This document shows, in pieces, positions 10,037-22,567 of a DNA stretch of 37,863 bases. Below the pieces are notes generated by a model, which was given only the letters and a program-made list of their open reading frames with translations, had not been told where the DNA came from and searched no databases. Position 1 is the first letter of the stretch; the number at the start of each line of letters is the position of its first letter. The stretch lies in IMG/VR virus record IMGVR_UViG_2684622552_000004, positions 1 through 37,863 of that record; one strand, written 5' to 3'. The stretch is from a virus (taxonomy: Duplodnaviria > Heunggongvirae > Uroviricota > Caudoviricetes). Position numbers and translations under genes: made by a program.

Positions 10037-11453
10037 TACTCAATCCTTATCTGAGCACCAGACAGAGTGACAGGTGACTTCGTGATAACGCGCAATTTGA
10101 AGCCAATGTTTTTCCTGATGCGCCCTACTTTCTTCCACAAAACGCGTTTGTCGTAAACGAACGGTTCATTCTGCTCAATCATCTGCTCACGCCCGTAATT
10201 GATGCCGTCAGTTGTAGCAGAGAGGAACAGGCGGTCAGCATACTGAGCAACACCCGTCGATGATTCCACCTCCAGATCAAAGCATCTGGCGTTATCTGCT
10301 TTGAAGAGTGGAGTAAACAGCAGGTGTTCTTGCTGTAGCCCATACTGGCTGCTGATATCGAACTGCAATTTCCCGGTCACGGACTCCAGTTTATCGCCGC
10401 ACGTTATCTGATTGCCTTCGTAAATGAAGTCGATAGCGCGGTACACATCGTCATACAGGCCTGTTTTCAGTACACACCATTGCGGACCATTGGAGCTTGA
10501 AGATGCGTCGTATACGAGGACATGGCGCGGAAGATGGATAATCAGCAACTCATGAGCATCAAACCGCAACGATTCCATCACGCCATCAGCCAGTTCATCA
10601 GCAGTGTAGGAGCGTAGTATTTTCTCAATGCTCGCGCTGGCAATTGGTGATACCTGACCGGAGCCGATGATATACACAGACGCGCACCCGTTGCCGGATT
10701 GCTGATGAACGCATAAGAATCAGCGAATGGCGTTTTGCAGTAGGTTCCGGCAATCCCTTTCTGCACCATCAGTGATGGCTGTGCGACATACAAAGCGGCA
10801 CCAACGGTGGTTGCACCAGTCAGGGAGAAATATTCAATCGTCGATGAACCAAAGCAGACGATGAAGTCTCGCCATGTACCTATGCCGATGATGCCATCAG
10901 GCTGAGATTCTGCGCGATATTGTGCGCTGTATCGGTCAGGGTGTGATTCGTCTTCAAGGTCAGTGATAAACCATGAATCAGTACCGTCTTTTGACCACGC
11001 ATAACGCCCACGTAAGCGCGTAATGTCACGAACTGAACCTAACTCGTACTGTGTGAATCCGCTGTCTGTAGGCCAGTTTGAGACGGTTTTAACCGTACCA
11101 TCATAGCGATACTCGACCAGTTGACCATTAACGCCTACAGCCTGAGATGTTCGACCATGCGCCATTGATACGCGGCCACTTCCGGCGACGTCACCGACTT
11201 CGCTTTCGCCTTTGTAGAGCTTGCCGCCACACACACGATAAACAGCACTCTGCGCCATGTTGTACTCGACGCCGCGAGATACACCGTTCACATCAGAACG
11301 TTTGGCAATGCCCGGGAATGAGCGAAGATATCCGCTGCTGTTGAGGATTTCTTTGGGGGTTGCCAGCATATTCACTGGCAGATAGTCGATATAGTCGGCG
11401 TTTCGGAAGTCTTTGCCGACACCTTTCATAAGCGGAAGTTGCTGAATCGGCAT
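10036..11453 (-). pseudogene. Tail hub protein (P22 gp10-like) interrupted by a frameshift
   Basis: Two overlapping minus-strand ORFs (10578..11453, 291 aa; 10036..10677, 213 aa) together equal the length of one gp10-like protein (about 472 aa). The downstream frame has no real start; the track begins it at a GTG inside continuous coding sequence (...SVYIIGSGQ). Frame switch near 10680-10690. Confidence 0.7.
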
Positions 11454-11954
11454 TTATTCGCTCCCGTCATCGCAATGTTCCTTCCGGTGGAAGTAATTCC
11501 AACCGTTCCACTTCGCCAACTGGTTACCACTACCAACAGGCATGCGGTTTGGATAACCGGACTTACATTTAGCGGCTTTTGCTCTGTCCATTGCAGACAG
11601 TTTGACGAGTCTCTCTTTCCCGTATCTGGCAGTGGTTATAAGTTTTGCAGACGCTTCCAGCGCATAATCCGGAGCAATGCGGCAGGCAAGGTTGAAAATG
11701 ACGGCATTGATAGCGTTATTTGATAAACCGTGTTCATCGCCAGGATCTGGAGCGACATCTGCATCAGCGAAAATGTAGCCAACGTTGATACCTGGTGACG
11801 CATCACCGCCAAGCCACTCAGCCATCATCATTTCAAGGTCGTTGACGCCATCTTCCATGGACTGCGGTTCGACATCGGTTAACGTGGCATTTGATGCCAC
11901 ACCGAGCTTACGTAATGCCGCAAGAACTAAATCACCCTTCGTTGTCAGGTTCAT
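11454..11954 (-). CDS. Head-to-tail adaptor protein (P22 gp4-like)
   Basis: [47 protein letters not shown]...[13 protein letters not shown] resembles P22 gp4; 166 aa from the internal ATG at 11954. The track's upstream extension reads the hexanucleotide repeat as SQSQSQ. Confidence 0.8.
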   Translation of the reverse strand: MNLTTKGDLVLAALRKLGVASNATLTDVEPQSMEDGVNDLEMMMAEWLGGDASPGINVGYIFADADVAPDPGDEHGLSNNAINAVIFNLACRIAPDYALEASAKLITTARYGKERLVKLSAMDRAKAAKCKSGYPNRMPVGSGNQLAKWNGWNYFHRKEHCDDGSE

Positions 11955-12001
11955 CTGCTGCCGCCTTAGGTTTTCGACCAGGCTTTTTACGCTGTTTTTC
12001 T

Positions 12002-12047
<46 letters not shown>

Positions 12048-12236
12048 CAACATCCTTCAGAAGATCATCAGGATGTGCAAACCAGCCAGCATCCAGATAT
12101 TCCTGAAGCTCTTCGGCTTTCACGATTTCAAAGTCGTATCCAACGCCTTTCTACTTCTTCATGTCTCCATGACGAAAGATCATGTGTGTCATGCTTGTCT
12201 CCAGATAAAAAAGGGAGCCGAAGCTCCCTCTGGTTA

Positions 12237-13532
12237 TCACGCGGTCTGGTTAGGCAGACCAACACCAATTGCCTCTGGTCGTACAGCACATGCTGAATAC
12301 CACACAGCAATACGGCACTTACCAGACAGAGTGTTGATATCACCCTGCGTTGCGAAGATGCCGTTAACACCAATACCAGGAATGCTGAAGGAAGAAGTTT
12401 TCATGCCAGCAAACAGTTCATGAGTTACCGGGATCGGCTGAGACAGCAGACGGATTGAGTCATCAGCCCAGAACACGTTAGCGGTGGTTGTTGCCACGTT
12501 CAGAACATTTACCGGAGTGGTATCAGCAAGAGAGGTGTTTACGTTAGCGTAAGCCTTCTCTTCTTTTGTCAGTGACGCGTCATCCAGTGCAATAGGCTTC
12601 GGCGTGATTTCGATGTGAGTACCATCGATCACACGGGTGATTGAGAAAGTCGCGTCATCAGTCAGCACGTTCTTCGCCATCTGAGACAGGAATTTCACGC
12701 CAGTGAAGCTGATTTTGTCGCCGCGCTTAAATCCGGTGGTGGAGGATACGGTCACCGTTGCAACACGGTTGTCGACGTTCTCTTTGTTACCATCGGTATC
12801 AAGAGTGTATGCCTGCGGCTTAAACTTCTGCGCACCAGAAACAGTTACACCAGTAGCGGTTGACTTGGTAACTGCCGGAAGTTTCGGTGAGCGAAGAATT
12901 TCATCAAATCCAGCAATCTGACGCTGAATAGTACCGTTGCGATACGCTTCTTCAGGAACGCGACCGAAGATGTCACCATCTACCAGGTTGCGGCCTGCTT
13001 TGCGGTAATCGTCAGGGTTCAGGAAGTAACTGATGCCCATATCGCGGTTTAGCTCACGGGAGAACATCAGGCGCTCTGCATCAGACACAAAATCCCAGCC
13101 AGACAGGCCAGTAGATGGACCAATTGCGCGGGTATCGTGAACAACAAGCGAGCCCATTTCAGTTGCCTGTTTGGCAATTGCTGACTCAATGTTATTCGCC
13201 AGTTTTTTGGCGGATGCCTGGATGCGGCGACGGTAAGAACGCTCATCACGCAGGTCATCTGCACGAAGCTCGAAGAAATCGTTATCCGGATCGCCCATGT
13301 TGCATTTCACGGAGAGTTCCAGAATCCCGGTTGCGTTGCCAGTTAAATCCCAGCCAGTCTGGGTTGGCGCTTCCTGCTCAACAGGCATCCACACGGTGTT
13401 GCTTGAACGCTGCATGGATTCTGCCGGAGGGGTGTATTTTGTCACTTTGGACGCCATTGGCGTCAGGTTCTGGACGGTTTCGATGATTTCATCCAGAGCA
13501 TACGTGACCAGTTGACCTTCATTTAATGCCAT
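12237..13532 (-). CDS. Major capsid (coat) protein, P22 gp5-like
   Basis: 431 aa; [10 protein letters not shown]...TPMA...[20 protein letters not shown]...[10 protein letters not shown]...GDKISF.GVKFL.QMAKNVL...ITPKP.ALDD...[13 protein letters not shown] matches the P22 coat protein along its length. Confidence 0.9.
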   Translation of the reverse strand: MALNEGQLVTYALDEIIETVQNLTPMASKVTKYTPPAESMQRSSNTVWMPVEQEAPTQTGWDLTGNATGILELSVKCNMGDPDNDFFELRADDLRDERSYRRRIQASAKKLANNIESAIAKQATEMGSLVVHDTRAIGPSTGLSGWDFVSDAERLMFSRELNRDMGISYFLNPDDYRKAGRNLVDGDIFGRVPEEAYRNGTIQRQIAGFDEILRSPKLPAVTKSTATGVTVSGAQKFKPQAYTLDTDGNKENVDNRVATVTVSSTTGFKRGDKISFTGVKFLSQMAKNVLTDDATFSITRVIDGTHIEITPKPIALDDASLTKEEKAYANVNTSLADTTPVNVLNVATTTANVFWADDSIRLLSQPIPVTHELFAGMKTSSFSIPGIGVNGIFATQGDINTLSGKCRIAVWYSACAVRPEAIGVGLPNQTA

Positions 13533-14443
13533 TATCGAATTCCTTTATTCAGTTGCGCCTTGAGCTTGCGGTATGTCTCTACATCCCCTTTGTTTGCTGC
13601 CGCTTCCATCTGCTTTTCAATCGCAGATATATTTGCAGCAACAGCGTGTCCCTGAATGGGTTCATCAGGTAGCGGGGCTTCTGAAACAGGTTTGGCTCGA
13701 GGCTTGAGAGTTAAACGTTCTGATAGTCGAGTGAGTTCAATCAGCGCGGATTGCCCGTCCATCGCCAGCAACTGGCGTGTTTTCTCAGGATTAGCACCAA
13801 GGTGATACATGAGAGCAGCGGATTTCTCCGGGAAGAGGCGCATGATGTCGGCACCGACTGCTGGCGGCACCAGTTGCATGAATGCATCCTCTTTCTCCTG
13901 ATAGTCAGGGATATTGAGCTTTTCCGCTGCGTCGTAGTGCTTACGGGCTGCCTCGACGTATTGCGCTGATTGCTGGGTGAACTCCTGAGTTTTGCGACCC
14001 TGCTCGGCGACAGCCTGGCTTCGTGCGTCCATAGCCTTGATCTGCCATTCACTATTTGCCTGCTGGAAGGCAGCCAGTGCGCGGCTCTGGTCATAGTCGT
14101 ACTTAGCCAGTGCATCTTCGGAAAGATAATCGTTAGGGTCTGGTTGTTTTGGTAACTCAGGGTTCACCCGCAGGTGCTCCGGCAACTCTCCACGCTTAAC
14201 CGCTTCCATCTGCTGCTCAAGCTCACGCTGGCGTTTGCGTTCGATGCGGCGACGGGCAAATTCAGCATTAGTTGCCGGGTCTTGTTTTGGTTTCTCATCG
14301 TCTTTCAGGACAATCTCGAAGCCTTCTTCCTGACCTGCGATGTCGTTGGCATTATCGACAACTAAGCCATCAGCAGATGCCGCTGCATGATTGCCGGGCA
14401 GGGTTAATTCTTCAGAAGCCTGAATGTCGGTGGTTTGGTCCAT
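13532..14443 (-). CDS. Scaffolding protein, P22 gp8-like
   Basis: 303 aa (same as P22 gp8), highly charged helical protein immediately upstream of coat; stop overlaps coat start. Confidence 0.85.
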   Translation of the reverse strand: MDQTTDIQASEELTLPGNHAAASADGLVVDNANDIAGQEEGFEIVLKDDEKPKQDPATNAEFARRRIERKRQRELEQQMEAVKRGELPEHLRVNPELPKQPDPNDYLSEDALAKYDYDQSRALAAFQQANSEWQIKAMDARSQAVAEQGRKTQEFTQQSAQYVEAARKHYDAAEKLNIPDYQEKEDAFMQLVPPAVGADIMRLFPEKSAALMYHLGANPEKTRQLLAMDGQSALIELTRLSERLTLKPRAKPVSEAPLPDEPIQGHAVAANISAIEKQMEAAANKGDVETYRKLKAQLNKGIR

Positions 14444-14456
14444 GGTTAACTCTCTC

Positions 14457-16622
14457 TTATTGAGGTGTCTCGGCTACTCCGCCGGAGGGGATTTGAACTT
14501 GACGCATAAGATTCGCGAAATCCATGCGTTGTGAATGAGTCTGGTCTGCATCTTTAAGAAGCAGCTCAGCGTTAGCACGAGCATCTTTGCTGCGCTGTTG
14601 CTGGAATTGACCTACGAGCTTGAGGTACTCACGCAGTTCTGCCTGCTTGTCGAGGTCCATATTGTTGAAGATTTCCGCAATCTTCGCGGCGTTGAGTTGG
14701 TTTTGGGCTTCAACCTTGGCGGCTTCAACCTGAATCTGCGCCTGTTGGTTCTCTGCCTTGAGCAATTCAGCCTGACCTTGCAGAAGGATACCCTGCGCCT
14801 GAATTTGCTCTGCTGATGGCTGCTGCGGCTGCTGTTGAGCCTGCTGTACCATCTCCATCTCTTCAGGTGTTTCTGGCTTCTTCAGCCCCATCATCACCAG
14901 TTGCTTGTTCGCGTACTCTCGCATCATCTCGACGCCTTTACCGTCAAGCAGCGTGAAGTATTGCAGCATCAGCATCTGGAACTCTGGAGTACCTTGCGGA
15001 ACCTTGGTGAGCAACTCCTGAATCTCTGCGCGGTTCTGTTCCTTCATACTCTGGAAGGATGGTCCTACGTCTGTATAGCACTCATAGCGACCGCGAATGT
15101 CGTTGAGTGTGACCACATTGCCGGACTGGTAATCGACAACTTGCGCATAGAGTTGAACGTCTTTCTCGCTTCCGTCTTCAAGAGTCAGCGTTACATGGCG
15201 AGGAACGTCATAAATATCGTTGACCATTGAGGCATAAATCTCGCCATCACGTCGCATTGCGGTAGCCAGGTTATCCTGAAACACGTATGTCTCAAGGTCT
15301 GCCCGCATGTTCAGTTGATTGACGGTATCGAAAGCGACCTGACCATTTGCCGCCTGCGCATCAACGCCAAGACTAGCCACCTCTTTCACTGCGTTGGTGG
15401 CTGCCTCAAGCATGTAAGCGTTGGCTTGCGGCACTTCAGGGTTTTCCATGTAGGAGATTGGACCAATCGGCAGGTCGTTACCGTTTTCATCGGTCCTGTT
15501 CTGCAGATAGTACGGATAGTCATCATTTCCACCGTACATGTATTCGTAGCCTTCGATTTGCTCAGGGAAGAAGGTAGGTTTCTTCTTCGGTGAGCGAGCA
15601 ACAATATCGGCGTTGAATGACATGATCATGTTACGAAGGCGTTGACCGTCTTTCGTCAGCCTTACCACGCCCTCGTAGCACTCCTTGTCACCAGCGAATG
15701 ACCATTCGCCGTACACAGGAACGATTGGGATATGCTCTCCGGCTATCTTCTCGCGGTCTTTCAGTATCTGCGTGCAGGTGATGATCGACTTATACACACG
15801 CCGACGCTTGACCTTACGCTCTGCTACCTTAATGAATCCACGATTAGCCAGGTCGTCGATGACGTCTTTGATATCCTGCTGGTAATAGCTGACCGGCTCA
15901 CCTGTCAGCGGGTCGCGGTAGATGAAGACTTTCTCTTTCTTCTCTTCGACCTCGTAATACTCAGCGACGTAGACGACATCATTCGATACCCACGGAAACA
16001 GCCATGTGTCGTTCGGATTCTGGAAAGATGGCAGAGTGTCAGGATCAATACCGTAATCCTCTGCGAACTCTTTCCAGCCATTGCGTGACAAAGCGTTAAT
16101 CACCGTGCAGTGCTTAGCGTCGCTCTTATCCATCTGCTTGCTGTTGGCGTCCCATATGACGTGTGAGCAGGCTTCATGGATTGGCAGGCGTCGGATTACC
16201 TGATTGTTGCTTGTTGGGTCGTTGTCTTCGTACTGCGTGACCAGACGCCATGCACCAACGCCAGACTCTATCTGCTCACGAACGCCAACGTTAACGGCAA
16301 TCTTTGCCGTGTTATGGCGCATATCAGTACGATACATCCCCATCAACACATCGGCTGCATCAGTATTAGCGCCGTCTTTGGGTCGGAAGAGAACGTCGAT
16401 AGGGTTCCGGCGCATCTCTGCGACCAGTTTCCTGACCACCGGGCGAACAACATCGAATTGTCCGCGATATTGCAGGGTCGTGTAGTTTGATAGCCAGTCA
16501 TCCCATTGCGACACTCGGCTAAAATACAGGTCATTTGTCGCCTCGGTTCTGGCTTCATCGCTCGCCATCCAGTCCGCGTCAAACTTACACAGAATGGAAT
16601 TGAGTCTGTTTTCGTCGGCCAT
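14457..16622 (-). CDS. Portal protein, P22 gp1-like
   Basis: 721 aa; [44 protein letters not shown]...[17 protein letters not shown] and a Q-rich C-terminal barrel-like tail as in P22 portal. Confidence 0.9.
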   Translation of the reverse strand: MADENRLNSILCKFDADWMASDEARTEATNDLYFSRVSQWDDWLSNYTTLQYRGQFDVVRPVVRKLVAEMRRNPIDVLFRPKDGANTDAADVLMGMYRTDMRHNTAKIAVNVGVREQIESGVGAWRLVTQYEDNDPTSNNQVIRRLPIHEACSHVIWDANSKQMDKSDAKHCTVINALSRNGWKEFAEDYGIDPDTLPSFQNPNDTWLFPWVSNDVVYVAEYYEVEEKKEKVFIYRDPLTGEPVSYYQQDIKDVIDDLANRGFIKVAERKVKRRRVYKSIITCTQILKDREKIAGEHIPIVPVYGEWSFAGDKECYEGVVRLTKDGQRLRNMIMSFNADIVARSPKKKPTFFPEQIEGYEYMYGGNDDYPYYLQNRTDENGNDLPIGPISYMENPEVPQANAYMLEAATNAVKEVASLGVDAQAANGQVAFDTVNQLNMRADLETYVFQDNLATAMRRDGEIYASMVNDIYDVPRHVTLTLEDGSEKDVQLYAQVVDYQSGNVVTLNDIRGRYECYTDVGPSFQSMKEQNRAEIQELLTKVPQGTPEFQMLMLQYFTLLDGKGVEMMREYANKQLVMMGLKKPETPEEMEMVQQAQQQPQQPSAEQIQAQGILLQGQAELLKAENQQAQIQVEAAKVEAQNQLNAAKIAEIFNNMDLDKQAELREYLKLVGQFQQQRSKDARANAELLLKDADQTHSQRMDFANLMRQVQIPSGGVAETPQ

Positions 16623-18122
16623 TTAAGTTCTCCGTGCGATGGGCCTGATTGGGGCTGGTATCTTTTTCTCTTTTGGTTTTTTGATGTCGCGCATCATTTT
16701 GGCGAAGCGGCGCATCATGTATGCATAGCGAACGGCTGAGAGAACGTCGTCGTTAAGCTTGACGATTTTCCCGTTTTCATCACGGTGATAGAGGCGGAAC
16801 TCCTCAAAGAATGGCTCACAGGTGTTGAATACTTTGAAGCGACCATCGAGCATCATGTCGCGCAATTCAGTGATGCCAGGCTCCACAGCGTTACCGCCAT
16901 CAGGCCATGTCGCATGCTCCTGCAACATCATAAAACCAGCGTCGGCATACTGCCCTTTGAGCTGCTCACCGCCGCCCTTCTCATGCTGGTTTCCGTCATG
17001 AGGCCATGCGGTTGGCACTTTATGCGCCCATGATTTAACGGCTCCCCATGCCTGAACGGCTGTTTTTTCTTTCGCCTTCCACACGCGTGAAACGTAGATT
17101 GTGTCTGCATCCTTATCCCACCAAAGCTGAATCTGCGCCTGTGGGTGATCCCATCCGAAATCCATCCCGCCAATTACGTAGAAGTGATCAGGACACTCGA
17201 ACGGCTGGCACTTAATCGTCTCTTCCGGTATCTGGAAGATTCGACCGCTACCCATCGTAGGAATACCGCGAGCACGCGCCTCTCTCTCGTGCTCGGGATA
17301 GGATGCGATGATTTGCTCTTTCTGCTCGTCGGTGTAGTGCTCTGCGTCATAGATGGTCATGTTGACCACTTTCTGCGACTTGCTGGGATTCTTCAGAAAC
17401 TTGGTAACAACGTCAGACATCCCCATCAGCGGGGTAAACGTCAGAATTGAGAATTGCCCGTATTTGTTGGTACGGGTAAGACCTTCGCCATAAATGCTGT
17501 ATGGTGGCTCTTCGTCAAACCACACGCCGTGGATTGTGTCACCCTGCCAGCGAGCACGGCCTTGCGAGTATGGCTTGAAGTAGCAGATTGAAATGCCATC
17601 TTCAACGCCATCAGCCGTGTGATGCTTAACCAGAAGGTGATCAACAAGGTTCGGAAAGAAAGGAGACTTCTTCCAGCTAATGATGTCCTCTTTCGGTATT
17701 GAACCGTAGCCCGGCTCATCATTCTCTTCAATACGACCGCACAGGATGCGTTGAGTCGTTTTGGTTACAGTCTCGTTTGTCTCGCCACCAATCCAGAAGA
17801 CAACAGGCTCATAAAAACGCTTACCTTTCCACTCACCGCCATATTTACCATCAGCAGGATAGCCTTTTGTGCCCGGATAACGCCCTGTAAGGTGAAACGC
17901 TACTTCAGCAGCACCAGTAAATGACTTACCAAGCTGGTTACCAGCCATAAAACAGCGCTCTGGATAGTCATGCCCGGCGTCGATGAACTCACGCTGTTTG
18001 CTGTATGGCGTAAATTCATATAGCAGGTGTGTGTTCCGGTAGTTCTCTTCTTCTTCGAGTAGCTCGAGCAATTCGATTTGCTCTTCGTCGCTCAGGTTAT
18101 CAAGAATCGCGTCCAGTTCCAC
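16623..18122 (-). CDS. Terminase large subunit, P22 gp2-like
   Basis: 499 aa (same as P22 gp2), immediately downstream of the small subunit and upstream of portal. Confidence 0.85.
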   Translation of the reverse strand: MELDAILDNLSDEEQIELLELLEEEENYRNTHLLYEFTPYSKQREFIDAGHDYPERCFMAGNQLGKSFTGAAEVAFHLTGRYPGTKGYPADGKYGGEWKGKRFYEPVVFWIGGETNETVTKTTQRILCGRIEENDEPGYGSIPKEDIISWKKSPFFPNLVDHLLVKHHTADGVEDGISICYFKPYSQGRARWQGDTIHGVWFDEEPPYSIYGEGLTRTNKYGQFSILTFTPLMGMSDVVTKFLKNPSKSQKVVNMTIYDAEHYTDEQKEQIIASYPEHEREARARGIPTMGSGRIFQIPEETIKCQPFECPDHFYVIGGMDFGWDHPQAQIQLWWDKDADTIYVSRVWKAKEKTAVQAWGAVKSWAHKVPTAWPHDGNQHEKGGGEQLKGQYADAGFMMLQEHATWPDGGNAVEPGITELRDMMLDGRFKVFNTCEPFFEEFRLYHRDENGKIVKLNDDVLSAVRYAYMMRRFAKMMRDIKKPKEKKIPAPIRPIARRT

Positions 18123-18588
18123 GGTTGAATAGCTCCTTGATACGAGAGCGTCGCTTATCGCGATCTCCCTTATCAGGTGTCACGTCTTCAACTTGCGACT
18201 GCTCTTTGAGGCCCAAATCACGGGCGATGATGTTAGCGTTGAGAAGGTCAGCGGCTGCGCCAGAGAATTTCTGGTCGTAGATGACCTGCTCTGCTCGCGT
18301 AACGACTTCAGATAAATCTTCTCGCAGGCGATATGTGCGCCATGTTTCAAGAGTCACATCAATGAACAGAGTGAGGCCTGTAATGGTCATCGCTCGCATC
18401 TTGGCGATAGGTTCTTGTATCACTTCACCCTGATACGAGAACGCCTTCATCTCCCATAGCGGGTTAGCTTCCACCCACTCGAAGTATTCACAACAAGCAG
18501 CCCACAGCGCCTCAGGCGATTCGAATTTAGGGTTTCGCCCATGACTACTGCGGGCCTCCCAAAATCGGTTGCCCTTTGGTGCTGCCAT
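18100..18588 (-). CDS. Terminase small subunit, P22 gp3-like
   Basis: 162 aa (same as P22 gp3), overlaps the large-subunit start; the pac site is expected inside this gene in P22-like phages. Confidence 0.8.
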   Translation of the reverse strand: MAAPKGNRFWEARSSHGRNPKFESPEALWAACCEYFEWVEANPLWEMKAFSYQGEVIQEPIAKMRAMTITGLTLFIDVTLETWRTYRLREDLSEVVTRAEQVIYDQKFSGAAADLLNANIIARDLGLKEQSQVEDVTPDKGDRDKRRSRIKELFNRGTGRDS

Positions 18589-18667
18589 ATTGATTATTTC
18601 CCTTCTGCTTGCTTATCCCATTCATCGCGGAATTTGGATGGGTTGTCGAAACCTTGAGTTGCCATGT

Positions 18668-18910
18668 TTATGTTCCGGTAGTGAACAGGTCTAACGCTTC
18701 CTTCGATTTACGCACCGCTTCGATTGTGCGGGTCGTGATATCTGAATTAGCGCCGCCTGACTGGAAGTGAATTTTGAATAGCTCAAGCTTCAGTTCGTCA
18801 GTGCCAATGAATTGAAATGCTTCTTCTGCGGCTGCGTTCTGGTTCATGACCAGTTTGTAAATCTCTAACTGGAATTTCTGTTCTTCAGTCATGGGAATAA
18901 TCTCTGCCAT
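18668..18910 (-). CDS. Hypothetical protein (position of P22 orf80 upstream of gene 3)
   Basis: 80-aa ORF directly upstream of the terminase small subunit; no recognisable motif. Confidence 0.5.
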   Translation of the reverse strand: MAEIIPMTEEQKFQLEIYKLVMNQNAAAEEAFQFIGTDELKLELFKIHFQSGGANSDITTRTIEAVRKSKEALDLFTTGT

Positions 18911-19357
18911 TGTTGGCTCCGTTTATCCGTTAAAAGGGATATCAGTTAAGTTATCCCGTGTAGGGTATAAGCCATTGTCGAGACCACTCATTGAATGGCC
19001 TCTGCAATAACCGATGTCTTTCCATCAGTCCGCCACCACAAAGAATCTTTTTTGCCATAAGGCTGGAGGTTCATCTTTCAGTGGCTGCCAGTGTTATTTC
19101 CCCACTTACTGGCTTGGGTTGTTTCGTGGTACTGCCGTAACTGGTTGCCCAGAATAAATTCCGGTTTCATTATCAAGCCCACCCGTAGATAGGCTTTATA
19201 ATGAACTGGCTCTTATCTCAACGCAGCCCCTTACCGCGCGCCATATGCTCAACTTCAAGCATCAGCAATGAGATGTTTAATCTGGATTCACTCCAGAAGT
19301 GATCATCACCCTGTCTACAGAGCCAGATGTGAAGGATGATGAGTAAAATTATCGCTA

Positions 19358-19825
19358 TCATCGAAGGCATTGCGTCCTGATGTATTCCTGAAGCGTTCTC
19401 AGTGCTGTTTGGTCGCGGATAATTCCGTCCCGGACACCGAGAACGTTTCGTCCAGCAACTGGAGAGAGTTCGACGGTGGCATCATTGCCCATGCCGGAGG
19501 CGCCGGATGTTTCGGCTGAGGATGGCACAGGGCATTTTCCTTTGACGAGCACCCTGCCACCATTATCAAGCTTGCGCCGAAGAGTATCATTTTCAGCTTT
19601 CGCATCAGCTAACTCCTTCGTGTATTTAGCATCAAGTGCATCAGCAGTACGCTGGCGCTGCTGCATGTCAGTAATGGTGGCGGTCGCCTGCTTCAGTTCA
19701 CTGGCCTTGTTATCGCGCTGCTCTTTGTAGGCGATGGCGTTATCACGGTAATGATTAACAGCCCATGACAGGCAGACGATGATGCAGATAACCAGAGCGG
19801 AGATAATCGCGGTTACTCTGCTCAT
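19358..19825 (-). CDS. Rz: Spanin inner-membrane subunit Rz
   Basis: [36 protein letters not shown]...[16 protein letters not shown] closely matches lambda Rz; N-terminal TM helix plus coiled coil. Confidence 0.9.
   Translation of the reverse strand: MSRVTAIISALVICIIVCLSWAVNHYRDNAIAYKEQRDNKASELKQATATITDMQQRQRTADALDAKYTKELADAKAENDTLRRKLDNGGRVLVKGKCPVPSSAETSGASGMGNDATVELSPVAGRNVLGVRDGIIRDQTALRTLQEYIRTQCLR
19399..19605 (-). CDS. Rz1: Spanin outer-membrane lipoprotein Rz1, embedded in Rz in +1 frame
   Basis: Lipobox LIMVAGC followed by proline-rich [14 protein letters not shown], as in lambda Rz1; wholly contained within Rz. Confidence 0.75.
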   Translation of the reverse strand: MRKLKMILFGASLIMVAGCSSKENALCHPQPKHPAPPAWAMMPPSNSLQLLDETFSVSGTELSATKQH

Positions 19826-20298
19826 ACCTCAATCTCTCTGACCGTTCCGCCTGCTTCTTTGAATTTTGCAATCAGGTTGTCAGCCTTATGCTCGAACTGA
19901 CCATAACCAGCGCCCGGAAGTGAAGCCCAAACATTGCTGCAACGGTCAATTGCCTGACGAATATCACCGCGATCAATCATCGGTAAAGCGCCACGCTCCT
20001 TAATCTGCTGCAATGCCACAGCGTCCTGGCTTTTCGGAGAGAAGTCTTTCAGGCCAAGCTGCTTACGATAGGCATCCCACCAACGGGAAAGAAGCTGGTA
20101 ACGTCCGGCGGCTGTTGATTTGAGTTTTGGGTTTAGCGTGACAAGTTTGCGAGGGTGATCGGAGTAATCAGTGAATAGCTCTCCGCCTACAATGACGTCA
20201 TAACCATGATTTCTGGTTTTCTGCCGTCCGTTATCTGTTCCCTCTGACCACGCCAGCATATCGAGGAACGCCTTACGTTGATTATTGATTTCCACCAT
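19822..20298 (-). CDS. R: Endolysin, lambda R-type lytic transglycosylase
   Basis: 158 aa, [50 protein letters not shown]... essentially lambda R. Confidence 0.95.
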   Translation of the reverse strand: MVEINNQRKAFLDMLAWSEGTDNGRQKTRNHGYDVIVGGELFTDYSDHPRKLVTLNPKLKSTAAGRYQLLSRWWDAYRKQLGLKDFSPKSQDAVALQQIKERGALPMIDRGDIRQAIDRCSNVWASLPGAGYGQFEHKADNLIAKFKEAGGTVREIEV

Positions 20299-20605
20299 CT
20301 TCTACTCCGGCTTTTTTAGCAGCGAAGCGTTTGATAAGCGAACCAATCGAGTCAGTACCGATGTAGCCGATGAACACGCTCGTTATATAAGCGAGATTGC
20401 TACTTAGTCCGGCGAAGTCGAGAAGGTCACGAATGAACCAGGCGATAATGGCGCACATCGTTGCGTCGATTACTGTTTTTGTAAACGCACCGCCATTATA
20501 TCTGCCGCGAAGGTACGCCATTGCAAACGCAAGGATTGCCCCGATGCCTTGTTCCTTTGCCGCGAGAATGGCGGCTAACAGGTCATGTTTTTCTGGCATC
20601 TTCAT
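20282..20605 (-). CDS. S: Holin/antiholin S (dual-start S107/S105)
   Basis: 107 aa, [62 protein letters not shown]... essentially lambda S with the Met-Lys-Met dual start. Upstream CCCCTTATTGGGGG stem-loop matches the lambda sdi structure. Confidence 0.95.
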   Translation of the reverse strand: MKMPEKHDLLAAILAAKEQGIGAILAFAMAYLRGRYNGGAFTKTVIDATMCAIIAWFIRDLLDFAGLSSNLAYITSVFIGYIGTDSIGSLIKRFAAKKAGVEDGGNQ

Positions 20606-21143
20606 GTCTTACCCCCAATAAGGGGATTTGCTCTATTTAATTAGGAATAAGGTCGATTACTGATAGAACAAATCCAGGCTACTGTGTTTAGTAATCAGAT
20701 TTGTTCGTGACCGATATGCACGGGCAAAACGGCAGGAGATTGTTAGCGCGACCTCCTGCCACCCGCTTTCACGAAGATCATGTGTAGAAGGCCGCAGCGT
20801 AACTATCACTGATGAATTCAGGATAGCCAGTGGCTACGGCCCAGTTTGGGTTGTGGCGGTCGGTGCTGAACTCCGACTTAATGACGATAGGCGTGTACCG
20901 ACGCCTCGTTTTACTTCCTCCGCTTTCACGGCTTCACCCTAGACCAGCTTTACGAAATCCTCGTAAACCTAACCGCGGCAGATATGACCGGCACGGTGTG
21001 CCATATCACGGACCGGCGGGTGTCTCGTTCACCTGATTAACGCATCAGCCTGCGTATTCACCACAACGATAAGAGCACTGCGCGGCACCTTTCACCAATT
21101 CCGCGAGGTCTGAGGGTTCAATGCTCTTACCTGTTGTGCAAAC

Positions 21144-21185
21144 AAAAAAAGCCACCGTTGCAACTTAAGAGTCACTAACGGCAGC
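21144..21185 (-). terminator. Putative tR' terminator of the late leader
   Basis: On the minus strand GCTGCCGTT...AACGGTGGC hairpin followed by TTTTTTTGTTTG, then TGCACAACAGGTAAGAGCATTGA, which resembles the sequence just after lambda tR'. Confidence 0.5.
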
Positions 21186-21195
21186 TTACCTTCTA

Positions 21196-21225
21196 ATTAT
21201 GGCTAAATGGATAATTGCATGTCAA
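21196..21225 (-). promoter_or_regulatory. Putative late promoter pR' (with Q-utilisation region)
   Basis: Minus strand: -35 TTGACA (21220-21225), 18-bp spacer, -10 CATAAT (21196-21201). Overlaps the last codons and stop of Q and sits about 10 nt upstream of the terminator hairpin. Confidence 0.5.
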
Positions 21226-21721
21226 GGCTTTTAACAGCAACATGCTTAACTTTCTCAACACGTTTACGCATTTTGAAAGCATTTTGTATTGGCTGGTACA
21301 AAACAAATAACGACGCTTTCAGGATGTCGTCAATTTCGTTTCTACAGGTTGCCAGTGAAGGTTTTCTCCATCCCTCGCCACCACGTCCACACATCTTGCG
21401 TGGCTTTGCAGTCGCGTGATAGTAGGATGCAATTGCTCGCTTAGATGAACCATGAGCGTAGTAGCTGAGGAGGATGCCAAAGGCTTTCTTGTCAATGTAC
21501 ATGACGGAATCGACGACCTGAGAAATCAACATTCCATCATCATCATTACACATTGGCCTTGTCATAACTCTTCCCGGCTCTACGCTCTCCATGAACTTCG
21601 CTATTACGCTGCTCATGCGCTTTTCCAGACGACCTGAATAAACCCATGCGCCCCACAGTTCAAGCCAGCCATTCAGCCACTCATGCTGTTCTTTGGTGAG
21701 GTTTAGTTCTCTTATGCCCAC
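21203..21721 (-). CDS. Q: Late-gene antiterminator Q, phage 82 / QuuD type
   Basis: Motifs [26 protein letters not shown] and ILLSYYAHG resemble the QuuD/Q82 family (ERWGAW, RPQCCDDDAMII, LLVDYYV). Unlike lambda Q. Positioned immediately upstream of pR'. Confidence 0.7.
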   Translation of the reverse strand: MGIRELNLTKEQHEWLNGWLELWGAWVYSGRLEKRMSSVIAKFMESVEPGRVMTRPMCNDDDGMLISQVVDSVMYIDKKAFGILLSYYAHGSSKRAIASYYHATAKPRKMCGRGGEGWRKPSLATCRNEIDDILKASLFVLYQPIQNAFKMRKRVEKVKHVAVKSLDMQLSI

Positions 21722-22383
21722 GCGCCTTCTCCCTGTACCTGAATCAATGTGAGGTTTCCGCAGAACACTGCGCCGGTATCGATATACATCTGGTTGGCAA
21801 ATTTGAGTGGTTTCACTGCTGGCGTATGACCAAAGATGAACGTGTCCGCGCCTTTGATTTCTTTCACGATCCCGTCTTGTGAGTTGCTGAGTCGTTCGCG
21901 GTTCCAGATTACCTGCTGATGATCAACTGGCTTTCCAAACTCGTATTCGTTACAAGGATAATCGGCGTGGCAAATGACATATTTTTTATCTTTGCTCACC
22001 AGCTCGATGATTAACGGAAGTTCATCTGCTTTATGGGCAAGAGCTTTAGCCAGAATTTCTTTGTCGTAATCGAGATTAAAGAACCAGCCACCGCCATTAA
22101 GCAGCCAGTGATTGACGTTTCCACGCTCTGATAAGCCATCAATCATCATTTGCTCATGGTTTCCACGTACAGCTCTGAACCAGGGGAATGTGATTAATTC
22201 CAGGCATTCAACGTTCTCTGCACCACGATCAACCAAATCGCCCACCGAGATAAGCAGGTCTTTTTTGTTGTCGAATCCAATCGTATCCAGTTTGTTCATC
22301 AGGTTCGTGTAGCATCCGTGCAGATCGCCAGCTACCCAAATATTTCGGTATTTGCTGCCATCAATTCTTTCGTAATAGCGCAT
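21712..22383 (-). CDS. ninI: Ser/Thr protein phosphatase NinI
   Basis: [64 protein letters not shown]...RGNHE almost identical to lambda NinI; metallophosphatase GDLHG/GDLVDRG/GNHE motifs. Start at internal ATG 22383. Confidence 0.9.
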   Translation of the reverse strand: MRYYERIDGSKYRNIWVAGDLHGCYTNLMNKLDTIGFDNKKDLLISVGDLVDRGAENVECLELITFPWFRAVRGNHEQMMIDGLSERGNVNHWLLNGGGWFFNLDYDKEILAKALAHKADELPLIIELVSKDKKYVICHADYPCNEYEFGKPVDHQQVIWNRERLSNSQDGIVKEIKGADTFIFGHTPAVKPLKFANQMYIDTGAVFCGNLTLIQVQGEGAWA

Positions 22384-22567
22384 CTCTTTCACTCCATCCG
22401 CGATGAACCATGAGAACGTCGTTGACGATGGCGTGCATTTTCCCGTCTTTATCATCAACGTATTTTCTGACCGTACCGCGACTACATTTCAGTCTGCGTG
22501 CTACTTCTGTCTGGTTTCCGTATGCTTCAACGAGCATGTCTGGAATGGTTTTTACTGAGAACGTCAT
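22361..22567 (-). CDS. ninH: NinH
   Basis: [68 protein letters not shown] matches lambda NinH (68 aa); start at internal ATG 22567. Confidence 0.85.
   Translation of the reverse strand: MTFSVKTIPDMLVEAYGNQTEVARRLKCSRGTVRKYVDDKDGKMHAIVNDVLMVHRGWSERDALLRKN

Noticed and set aside
20606-21143. tRNA genes between Q and S, as found in some lambdoid phages
   Set aside because: No cloverleaf-compatible segment or T-loop-like GGTTCGAATCC motif seen on either strand; the region looks like a lambda-type late leader.
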